From a virus (taxonomy: Duplodnaviria > Caudoviricetes), in the IMG/VR virus record IMGVR_UViG_3300027255_000165: DNA of 64,000 bases; one strand, 5' to 3'. Under the pieces are notes generated by a model. It searched no databases. It was not told where the DNA came from and worked only from the letters and a program-made list of their open reading frames with translations. The translations under genes were made by a program, and so were the position numbers. Below are positions 1 through 8,082 of this stretch, one piece after another. Numbering within the stretch: position 1 is the stretch's first letter; each line of letters opens with the position of its first letter.

Positions 1-321
1 TTCAAGAGTCCAATAATACGTTGCAAGTGGGGCAACAAATTCTCTGATAACTCGAGTGTAGATCTCTTTCATACCAACGGCATCCATCAACATATCATTA
101 GTTGGATAGAATTCGTGGCGGCCAAGAGTCCATTCGCCTTGAGTTTCAGCTAGGATGATTAGTTCCTCACAGAACCGTTGAGTAAACAATGGGAACTCAG
201 CTACACTAGGTCCCAATTCATCAATCATCAGCTGATATTCGCCTCTAGCAATTGCCGGATTGATGTATTTGTCAACCCATGCTTGCCAATTTGAAGTGTC
301 TAAGATTTCTGCGTAGTTCAT
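1..321 (-). CDS. PLOD/procollagen lysyl-hydroxylase-like 2OG-Fe(II) dioxygenase (N-terminal part; runs off window start; not in ORF track)
   Basis: Manual translation from ATG at 321 (ATGA overlap with the upstream GT stop): MNYAEILDTSNWQAWVDKYINPAIARGEYQLMIDELGPSVAEFPLFTQRFCEELIILAETQGEWTLGRHEFYPTNDMLMDAVGMKEIYTRVIREFVAPLATYYWTLE. This aligns by eye with the start of the PLOD LH domain (W..KYI...FP+.+...C+EL+...E..G.W..GRH....PT.D+.M..VG). The catalytic HxD..H would lie beyond the window. Confidence 0.75.
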   Translation of the reverse strand, partial: MNYAEILDTSNWQAWVDKYINPAIARGEYQLMIDELGPSVAEFPLFTQRFCEELIILAETQGEWTLGRHEFYPTNDMLMDAVGMKEIYTRVIREFVAPLATYYWTLE

Positions 322-1331
322 ATTGTGTTTATGATGTGTAACCATTGTTCGACTCGAAAGTTCCAGGTTTGCTGCTTTGCCCATTCGTGAGCTCTACGTC
401 TGAGTTTAGCTTTAACCTCTGGAGATCCGTGAAGTACTTTGATTATATTTAGAATGTCAGTGTCTGTTTCACCACTTTCGAGTAAAAAACCTCGATTGCC
501 CACCACTTCTGACAGAGCGGCAAGATTGGTTGTAATAGGTATGGCTCCGCAATATTGCGCTTCCAATGCAGTGATGCCGTAAGTTTCTTCATAATGCGTG
601 GGGTGTAACCAGTACTCTGATTTCATCTGCCAGTTGTGAAGAGTCATTTGATCAACAGTGCCCATATAGGTGACACCGTCTAATTGTGGCAATGGGCTAT
701 TATCTATATCGTACCCGGGCCCGAACACTCTTAGGGTTGCTCCAATGAGATTCTGATGTATTCTAGGCCACATCTTTAGAAGATCATACAATCCTCTTTC
801 ACGGGCAGAAGAATAGATGAATGAATTTGGAATCTTTTCAACTTTCCAAGATGGAAAATCATTTCGATCAATACCGTTACCAATTACGTGGATTGGTTTC
901 TGCAGGCTGTAATCTCTGATCAATTGCTGCTTGTGCCACTCAGTTAGGGCAATGAATCCATTGATTCGAGGATCTTCTAACCATGAGGAATCAATCACAG
1001 CCTCGCCTCTCCACCAAGGAAACCAATCTGTGTTATGGAACCAGAATAGTGACTTATCGAAATTGTTAAACTCTTTTAAATAGTGGAGGTATGATGCAGC
1101 GATCAACAGATCAAAATGTTGTTGATGGCACTGATCAATGTTAAGCCACGTAACTCCATTGTGGAATGTACTTTCTACTTGTCCACCAAAACAAACCGCG
1201 TGACCCCTCTTCGCAAGGCCCTCAGCCAATTTTAGAGCTGCAATCTCAGTACCGCCAACCCCATCGCAGCTTTCAATTCGCTGAGGAGTTATGTTAGTGT
1301 TTTGATAACCTACGTAAACGAGGATCTTCAT
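318..1331 (-). CDS. glycosyltransferase, GT-B fold (GT4/Glycos_transf_1-like)
   Basis: N-terminal GGTE motif, IGNGID, and C-terminal ETYGITALEAQYCG..PI....AAL.EVV (E-x7-E) signature. Confidence 0.85.
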   Translation of the reverse strand: MKILVYVGYQNTNITPQRIESCDGVGGTEIAALKLAEGLAKRGHAVCFGGQVESTFHNGVTWLNIDQCHQQHFDLLIAASYLHYLKEFNNFDKSLFWFHNTDWFPWWRGEAVIDSSWLEDPRINGFIALTEWHKQQLIRDYSLQKPIHVIGNGIDRNDFPSWKVEKIPNSFIYSSARERGLYDLLKMWPRIHQNLIGATLRVFGPGYDIDNSPLPQLDGVTYMGTVDQMTLHNWQMKSEYWLHPTHYEETYGITALEAQYCGAIPITTNLAALSEVVGNRGFLLESGETDTDILNIIKVLHGSPEVKAKLRRRAHEWAKQQTWNFRVEQWLHIINTI

Positions 1332-1398
1332 GTTAAATCGATTTACAATTATATCTAACTCTAATCGATTTGTTTACAGTTTCAATCGTCTATAAACT

Positions 1399-1422
1399 AA
1401 AAAGCCCGCTTTGCGGGCTTTT
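1399..1422. terminator. bidirectional intrinsic terminator
   Basis: AAAAAGCCCGC-TTT-GCGGGCTTTT inverted repeat with A/T tracts on both sides. Confidence 0.8.
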
Positions 1423-1424
1423 AA

Positions 1425-1547
1425 TTAGTTGTTTGCGATATAATCTCGAGCTTCTTCCTGTGAAGAGAATGAAGCAAGTAGATCAGCCTCATTAAGAACG
1501 AAAAACATTGGATTTCCGTTCAAATCAATTCCTTGTTCTATTCTCAT
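1425..1547 (-). CDS. small hypothetical protein, 40 aa (not in ORF track)
   Basis: MRIEQGIDLNGNPMFFVLNEADLLASFSSQEEARDYIANN*; fills the gap exactly between the 1550 stop and the terminator. Confidence 0.6.
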   Translation of the reverse strand: MRIEQGIDLNGNPMFFVLNEADLLASFSSQEEARDYIANN

Positions 1548-1549
1548 GA

Positions 1550-3037
1550 TTATCTAATTCTTTTTGAGTAGTATTCGTAGTTTCTAGCAACTTCAGCGCC
1601 AGTAAGAGCTTTCTTATAAACGTTAATGAATGAAATAGCACCAGAGAACTGTCTGCCATCTCCTTCTTGGCCAATATCAAGTCCTCCAATATAACCATTG
1701 TTACTTGAAACTCTCGTTGCAACCGTATTAACTAGAGTACCATCAATGTATTGTTTTAAATACCCTGTTGAGTAATCCCAAACAGTTGTTAAATGATACC
1801 ACTGATTTCTACTCATTACCTGTGAAGGTTCGTGGTAACCTTGGTTATCAGTTGAATACCAATACGAGCTTAGCCTTTGATTTGATTTGTTCCATGACAT
1901 GTAAATATGCGCTCTCATAATACATCCTCTATCGCCCGATGACAATTCATTTGCATCAGCATAAATCATAGATTCAAGCGTACAACTTCCTGTTCCAAGG
2001 TTTCCAATCTCTGGCGTAACAAACTTTTCAAAGCTTCTAAAATAATAAGCTTTTACTCCTTGAACGTCTTCAACATCGTGTGAACCACCTGAAGCATGGC
2101 GACCTTGACCTGAAAGATCATAGAGAGTTCCACTATTATTAAATGAATTTGGATTAGCAAAATCATAAGAAGCCCATAGTCCATCCACTGTAGGATACAA
2201 GTCTTCATTATGTAAGTGGTACGTTCCAGCATTTGCATTCAACCAAGAGATAGCATCACCCGGTGTTTCAAATGTTGTACCAGCTAACTGAGATGCAATG
2301 TGCTTAAGTTGACCTGCGTTTGAAGCTGCAGAATAGAATCTTGGAGTTACACCATCGTTCGCCCAAACTTGAAGGTCTCTACCAGCACCAGTTGGAAGAC
2401 CAACCATTGAAGTTCTTGCAACCGGCTCAGAACCGTAACCTGACCATTCGCCAAGTTGAGCCTTAGCTTCAACATTAGATGGTACAGCTGCATCTCCTTT
2501 ATGATAGACTGCCTTCATATCATCACCTGTTGCTTTGATCCAAAGCTCAGCTCTGTTAACAGGAACACCAGGACCTGGGAAATTGGTAGCTCCACTCCAT
2601 GAAGAAGCTGAAGCAACTGCAAAGTACCAGTTACCGTGTGGATTTGAGCCATCTAAAAATGTGGTTCCAGTCTGGCTAGATCTAGTAAGACCGTTCCAAT
2701 AGTTATTGTTCCATCCGGTTTCAATTTTAACCACATTATCGACCACCTCCATGATGTCTAGTGGGTTTTGAGCTTGAGACCAGATATTGTTTCTATCAGG
2801 GTATTGAGGATATACAAGTTTGAAAGTGTATTTACCGTCAAATCTAAAGTTCTTAATGTAAGCCATGATTGAATACTTATTCGCACTTGGATTACCAGGA
2901 TTAGACCATTTGGCTTCATCCCAGTCATTAGCCGTGCTAAAGAATTCACCGCCACCTGAATAGTGACTAAATACTTTCATCCACTGTCCGTCAAACTCTA
3001 CTGGATAACCATTATATGTTGATGTTATAATTGACAT
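1550..3037 (-). CDS. virion adhesin-like protein: N-terminal fibrinogen-related-like domain plus C-terminal LamG/ConA-like domain
   Basis: WMKVFSH...NKYSIM..GKYTFKLVYP..N.WSQ..NP..WNGL..S..TFLDG (FReD-like); C-terminal WYHLTTVWD....KQYIDG..FSGAISFINVYKKALT..EVARNY (LamG). Confidence 0.65.
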   Translation of the reverse strand: MSIITSTYNGYPVEFDGQWMKVFSHYSGGGEFFSTANDWDEAKWSNPGNPSANKYSIMAYIKNFRFDGKYTFKLVYPQYPDRNNIWSQAQNPLDIMEVVDNVVKIETGWNNNYWNGLTRSSQTGTTFLDGSNPHGNWYFAVASASSWSGATNFPGPGVPVNRAELWIKATGDDMKAVYHKGDAAVPSNVEAKAQLGEWSGYGSEPVARTSMVGLPTGAGRDLQVWANDGVTPRFYSAASNAGQLKHIASQLAGTTFETPGDAISWLNANAGTYHLHNEDLYPTVDGLWASYDFANPNSFNNSGTLYDLSGQGRHASGGSHDVEDVQGVKAYYFRSFEKFVTPEIGNLGTGSCTLESMIYADANELSSGDRGCIMRAHIYMSWNKSNQRLSSYWYSTDNQGYHEPSQVMSRNQWYHLTTVWDYSTGYLKQYIDGTLVNTVATRVSSNNGYIGGLDIGQEGDGRQFSGAISFINVYKKALTGAEVARNYEYYSKRIR

Positions 3038-3050
3038 TATCTATGTGTGT

Positions 3051-3287
3051 TTATTTCCAATCGGAACCCTGCAAAATAGCCTGCATTTCGCTAGCAGCAT
3101 AAGGTCCTTCTTTTGTTGTTAGAGCTGCAATGCTAGATGGAACATCATCTCTTTCCCACTTTACATAAATTTTAGAACCGTCTTTAGATCTAACTAAAGA
3201 TTCAGCCGATTGGTCCATTACGTCCATAAAGTTAATAGCATCAACCTCATTAGCGTTTAAAATCATATACTTTAATTCTCTTTCCAT
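3051..3287 (-). CDS. small acidic tail-fibre-associated hypothetical protein
   Basis: 78 aa ORF tightly packed between LamG genes; a type commonly seen beside LamG fibre genes in aquatic phages. Confidence 0.6.
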   Translation of the reverse strand: MERELKYMILNANEVDAINFMDVMDQSAESLVRSKDGSKIYVKWERDDVPSSIAALTTKEGPYAASEMQAILQGSDWK

Positions 3288-3299
3288 AGTTATTTTTCT

Positions 3300-5504
3300 T
3301 TATTTGAATCTTGTTACATGTGCATTATAGTTTTGAAGAACTTCACTAGTAGATAAACCTTTATTGTAAATTCTTACTATAGCAATATCTCCACCAAAAT
3401 AATACCCTGATGTATCACCGCCAAATGCTCCAATAGCAGCCCCTTTAGAAGTTGTAACAAGAGCTCCACTTTTAGATTTGCTACGTCTCTCAACTCCATC
3501 AACGTAAATTCGCTTTGTTGAACCATCCCAAGAACCCACAATGTGGTGCCACTGACCATTAACAATGCCAACTTCGGTTTTATTAGGAGCAAATGTATCA
3601 TATCCGCCATCACCTGCGTGGTAAGTTCTAAATACTATATCTGTACCATGGCTAAACAAACTATACTGGGTATTTACATCACCTTTTTCAAATATAAAAT
3701 CATCGCTGTTACCATCAAACCTTACCCATGATTCTATAGTTAATTGTGAAGTATGATTAAATGCTGCGTTATTTGGAATAATAATTTTATCATTCGAATT
3801 ATCAAATTCCCAAAAACCACCATTTGAACTATTCCATCCTGTGCCATTTACCAAAGTTCCTTCAAGAGAATCTGCTAATGAGTACATAGAAGTAGATCCG
3901 CTTTCATAACATATTAAATTACCTGCATCAGCTGCGAATGTTAAACCATTTGTTACAATAGGACCGCCATGCACGTTTTGAGAAACTTCTTCTTGAGAAA
4001 GAATTCTATTGTACAATTTTATTTCTGCTCTAGCTCCATCGTGACACCATCCGTACATTTCACCGAATGAAATGCCTCCACCATCATATAATATTTTACC
4101 AGCTGTTAATGAAATGTCCGTAGTTCCAATCAATTCACCATTGTAATAGACACCCATTGTATTATTATCTCTATTCCAGAAAAAGCTTCTACGATACCAT
4201 TTTCCAAGAGTTTGAAACTTAGAAGGCAGGGGCCATGAAGCGTCAATTGTGTAATTTGACAGTGAGCCATCTGCTAGACCCATTCTAATTGCGGTGTTAT
4301 ATACACCATGGTTCCAATCAAAGCCGATTGACCCAGATCCATAACCACCTGAAATAACAGCACCTGCTGCAGCTTCTGGATATGTGTTATCGTCGATTCT
4401 AACAAGTTCTTCAATTACCCAACCACCTGATGTTTTGGCCATAGCATCATTCAAAGAAGCTGAGTGAGAAACATTAAATTGCAATCTGTCTTTACCACCA
4501 TAATATGCTGGATCAAATTTTGAATCCCAATATCTTTTAGCTGCATTCCATTCTCCTTGACCTTTATAAGCATGGTTTCCATTTCCAGTTAAATCAATCC
4601 AAGTGTTATTCTCTGATCTAGAACCGTGCACAAACGGCGACATAATACTTCCTAATTCAACCATAGGTGCATAGTACCAAACAATATCTCTAGCTTCTCC
4701 TCCGATATAGTTACTCAAATACGCTCCAGTTTCGTTAGATTGAAGAGTTGCAGTACATGAAATTCTGATCCATTGATTAACGGGCCAGTTTGCAGCATTA
4801 GTGTCTCCATTCCAATTAAAATTACCTAAAGAATTGTTATTAACGTTGGTTCTAAAGTAAGGTTGGTTTGAACCAGCTCTTGACTGTCTAAACCAAACTG
4901 AAATAGTGTACGTTGTTGAAGGCAAGCCGCTAAAACCTGCACAACCCCAATGCTGACTACCGGTTGTCACACTCTGACCTCTCAAAATTGTCAATACGTT
5001 TGATGGTCCACCATGATTTGTAAATGGTTTTTCAATATCGGTTGCATTGTTATTAATCGTCCATTCACCGCTGTTAGTCCACGCAATATTAGAATTTGGA
5101 TCACCTGAAGAAAGAAGATTAGTGGTTGGAACTTGATAATAATAGCCTTCATTGTGTTTAGATTCAACGTTCATAATCAATCCATCGGTGACCACATTTG
5201 AGTAGTTACTATTAATGATTAGAACATCATTGTTTTTAGCCCATTCTAACCCTCGAGCTAAATCGTCAACTGCGATTGAAGCTCCCATTTTATTTAGGAT
5301 TTCAATTAATTCATCATCGTTTGATGCAATTCTAGCATCAATGTTACTAGAATAAAGTGCATAACCTCCTGTAGGAATTTGTAAACCGTTGAAGAATCCC
5401 GTTGAAGATGAAGGACCCATACCTTCTTTTGAGGCGATTGACCATCCTCCAACGTTTGATGCATTTGCATCAATGCCAACATTTTTTTTAATTCTATTTG
5501 CCAT
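3300..5504 (-). CDS. multi-LamG / carbohydrate-binding virion protein
   Basis: Two LamG repeats (WYRRSFFW..YYNG..EIKLYNRILSQEEV; WHHIVGSWDG..IYVDG..GDIAIVRIYNKGLS..EVLQNY) and a CBM4/9-like central segment (YTISVW..WIRIS.T). Confidence 0.75.
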   Translation of the reverse strand: MANRIKKNVGIDANASNVGGWSIASKEGMGPSSSTGFFNGLQIPTGGYALYSSNIDARIASNDDELIEILNKMGASIAVDDLARGLEWAKNNDVLIINSNYSNVVTDGLIMNVESKHNEGYYYQVPTTNLLSSGDPNSNIAWTNSGEWTINNNATDIEKPFTNHGGPSNVLTILRGQSVTTGSQHWGCAGFSGLPSTTYTISVWFRQSRAGSNQPYFRTNVNNNSLGNFNWNGDTNAANWPVNQWIRISCTATLQSNETGAYLSNYIGGEARDIVWYYAPMVELGSIMSPFVHGSRSENNTWIDLTGNGNHAYKGQGEWNAAKRYWDSKFDPAYYGGKDRLQFNVSHSASLNDAMAKTSGGWVIEELVRIDDNTYPEAAAGAVISGGYGSGSIGFDWNHGVYNTAIRMGLADGSLSNYTIDASWPLPSKFQTLGKWYRRSFFWNRDNNTMGVYYNGELIGTTDISLTAGKILYDGGGISFGEMYGWCHDGARAEIKLYNRILSQEEVSQNVHGGPIVTNGLTFAADAGNLICYESGSTSMYSLADSLEGTLVNGTGWNSSNGGFWEFDNSNDKIIIPNNAAFNHTSQLTIESWVRFDGNSDDFIFEKGDVNTQYSLFSHGTDIVFRTYHAGDGGYDTFAPNKTEVGIVNGQWHHIVGSWDGSTKRIYVDGVERRSKSKSGALVTTSKGAAIGAFGGDTSGYYFGGDIAIVRIYNKGLSTSEVLQNYNAHVTRFK

Positions 5505-5530
5505 TTAAGTGGTGAGATATTTTTATATCA

Positions 5531-5538
5531 TATATATC
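5531..5538 (-). promoter_or_regulatory. putative late promoter GATATATA
   Basis: Same 8-mer recurs upstream of many structural genes; 27 nt upstream of the 5504 start. Confidence 0.6.
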
Positions 5539-5560
5539 ACACGCCCAACCTTATAATAGT

Positions 5561-5588
5561 AAAAAAGCCCGCTTTTCAGCGGGCTTTT
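5561..5588. terminator. intrinsic terminator
   Basis: AAAAAAGCCCGCT-TTTC-AGCGGGCTTTT. Confidence 0.8.
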
Positions 5589-5607
5589 CTTTTAAAAAAG
5601 TTAAAGA

Positions 5608-6312
5608 TTAGAAAGTGATTTCAGTGCTGTAACCGAATGTTGCGAAATCATCAGCATAAAGCTGTTGAATTTTTGACATTCTAGTTTGACCTAATTCACC
5701 TTCAAAGTACGTTTTCCAATCTGGTCTGTCAGGAAGAGAGTTAGTAACAGGCAACTCGTTTGGTAAGCTAACGCCGGACTTAGCTGCAATTGCTGCGGCG
5801 ATAGTTGGCCACTGTTGATCAATTTCTTCAAGTTTGAAGTTATTCGTGATAGCAATAGCACCATTCAAACCTTCACTCTTAATGAAACCGACCTGTGGCC
5901 ACACTAGAATAGGAGCATCATCCCACCAGTATTGTAGCTGGCCGTCTAATGCTCTTTCTGATTTTTCAGCGATTGGATCACCGTTAGAGTCAAGGACTGA
6001 AATTGGTTCACCATTTGCTCTTGCATCACATGCAATAAGATAATCTAGAGTTTCATCGAAACTTTGAGGCCATCTCATTGCAACTTGCATGTATTCAAAC
6101 CCTGAGCAGAATCTGTCGTATGGATTTCTACTAATTGTGAATTTGTAGTAATCGCTAATATCTTCACCATTAAAGTTAGAAATAGACATTAGCATGTCGT
6201 ATGTTTCATGAGATGGAACAATAATATCCTGACCAGAAAGAGTTTTTTTAACTGAGACAGAAGCGTTCTTTGTGATCTCAATGAACATTGTTTTCAAATT
6301 GTGGTAAATCAT
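5608..6312 (-). CDS. sulfotransferase (Sulfotransfer_2 / CHST-HNK1-like)
   Basis: 5'-PSB-like FIEITKNAS, 3'-PB YKFTISRNPYDRFCSG, C-terminal ...LYADDFATFGY. Confidence 0.75.
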   Translation of the reverse strand: MIYHNLKTMFIEITKNASVSVKKTLSGQDIIVPSHETYDMLMSISNFNGEDISDYYKFTISRNPYDRFCSGFEYMQVAMRWPQSFDETLDYLIACDARANGEPISVLDSNGDPIAEKSERALDGQLQYWWDDAPILVWPQVGFIKSEGLNGAIAITNNFKLEEIDQQWPTIAAAIAAKSGVSLPNELPVTNSLPDRPDWKTYFEGELGQTRMSKIQQLYADDFATFGYSTEITF

Positions 6313-6315
6313 GGC

Positions 6316-8013
6316 TTATACTAATTTAATTGCTAATGTTTGGTCTTGGTCTCCAGATCTAGATAATGAACCCGACTTAGAACCATCCCAAGTGTATGTT
6401 GTTTGTGCTCCATCATTAGTCGTACCCATAACAATAGCATGTTGACCAGTACCCCATCCATATTCGTTATTTACCGATCCGCCGCCATTACGGGCTAAAA
6501 GACCTCTGTTGTTTGGAATATATGAAGCGATTTCAAACAAACCAAATGATGGGCCACCTCTATAGATTTTAACAACAGTTTGGTTTGAAGAATTAACATA
6601 AGATAGTGCAAAAAACACAGTAGGTCCGCCTTGACCATTATCATCTATAACGTGTAATCTAGTAACTCTACATCTCTGAAGTGCATTGATTCCAGTATAA
6701 ATGTATTGTCCGACTTCAGGCCAGTTACATCTGTTACCATCGCGCTCCCACTGATCCCAATTGACTGTAGCAAGTCTAACGATTATTCTATTTTGTGATA
6801 CGTTCATAAATGCATACGCCCAAATATCTCCAAAATCAGGGTGGTAAGCCATCCAATCGATGTGACCTCCAGTGTATTGCCCATAATCTGGTTTACACGG
6901 ATCATTGCCGCCCCAGATGAACTGAATAACATCAGTCTCTGGTGAAGAAGTAAAGGTTGCGTTGTCAGGATCAATTGTGACGTTGTTGATAGCAATATTT
7001 CTACCATATGTAGTACCGTTTGGTTCGTACGTGAAAATAGTAACTACCTTATTGGTATGAGGAGACCATGCAACTCCACCTTGACCACCAAAATTATGGT
7101 CATAAATCCAACCTTGATAGAACACGTCCAATGATTGTGCATTTTGAGTTGTAATTGAAGAACCGTTATGTTTAAATAAAACAAGTCTTGGTCCCCACCA
7201 CTGTCTTTGCCATAGGAACAGACCCGTTCTTAGTCCTGATGGACTAGTCCCAACATCAATAGCATCCAAAGGTTGACCCCATTGGTTTACGCCGTTAATA
7301 GCGTTTCTAGCCATCCAGGAGTTATTGTTAAGTTGGTTAGTTGAAATGTTATATGCTCCAATCGCGGCTGTTGGATTACCATTATCCTGAAGTCTATAGA
7401 TTGTACCAGTGTATTTAAGGTTCGAACTTGGTTCCATACCTCCAAGACCTAATGAAACTGAAGATTGATCTCCAATTGAATCTGTGACGTGATGCCACGT
7501 ATAAACTCTTTGGAATTCAGAGCCATCAGCAGAAAGCCTGTAGATGTTGGTACCAATCCTCCAGTGTTTAGAGTTACCTCCCCACATGTAATAAGATTCG
7601 TAATTAGGACCGTATCCGATGAAAGCGCCATTAAGATCTCCGTTAGTTCCAGCAATCATAGCACCTGAAGCACCTGAATTAGAAGTGTAATAAGGTGAAA
7701 GATCGGATCTCCACATTCCTGAAGAGTATGGAGTAGATTTAACGTAAACGAGATTGTTTCCTACCGTGTCGCCTGACCCAAATATTTGGCTAAAAGATAA
7801 ATTAGTAGCGTTATGGTAACCCGATACTCTAGCGTCGCCAGAGCCATTTGGCATGCCGTCTACACCCAAAAATCCATTCCTATTTACCATCCTAAGTGTT
7901 TCTCCGATGGAAATTCTAGAGCCGCGTTCTCCTAAATAATACCCATTACCTGTTGAAATATCAGCTCCTAGCTTACTAAGCTTTAAATTTGATAGAGACT
8001 GTTTAGATAGCAT
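6316..8013 (-). CDS. hypothetical virion protein, Gly/Asn/Trp/Tyr-rich, beta-rich (possible distal fibre adhesin)
   Basis: 565 aa ORF directly downstream of an S74-bearing fibre gene; composition is typical of fibre tips; no recognised family. Confidence 0.5.
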   Translation of the reverse strand: MLSKQSLSNLKLSKLGADISTGNGYYLGERGSRISIGETLRMVNRNGFLGVDGMPNGSGDARVSGYHNATNLSFSQIFGSGDTVGNNLVYVKSTPYSSGMWRSDLSPYYTSNSGASGAMIAGTNGDLNGAFIGYGPNYESYYMWGGNSKHWRIGTNIYRLSADGSEFQRVYTWHHVTDSIGDQSSVSLGLGGMEPSSNLKYTGTIYRLQDNGNPTAAIGAYNISTNQLNNNSWMARNAINGVNQWGQPLDAIDVGTSPSGLRTGLFLWQRQWWGPRLVLFKHNGSSITTQNAQSLDVFYQGWIYDHNFGGQGGVAWSPHTNKVVTIFTYEPNGTTYGRNIAINNVTIDPDNATFTSSPETDVIQFIWGGNDPCKPDYGQYTGGHIDWMAYHPDFGDIWAYAFMNVSQNRIIVRLATVNWDQWERDGNRCNWPEVGQYIYTGINALQRCRVTRLHVIDDNGQGGPTVFFALSYVNSSNQTVVKIYRGGPSFGLFEIASYIPNNRGLLARNGGGSVNNEYGWGTGQHAIVMGTTNDGAQTTYTWDGSKSGSLSRSGDQDQTLAIKLV

Positions 8014-8046
8014 GTTATTGTATTAGTGTTTTTAAGAAAGAGATTA

Positions 8047-8067
8047 GGGGTTCCCATAAGGAACCCC
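8047..8067 (-). terminator. possible terminator or processing hairpin
   Basis: GGGGTTCC-N5-GGAACCCC inverted repeat between the fibre gene and the 565-aa gene. Confidence 0.45.
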
Positions 8068-8082
8068 ATATTCTCAATCAAT

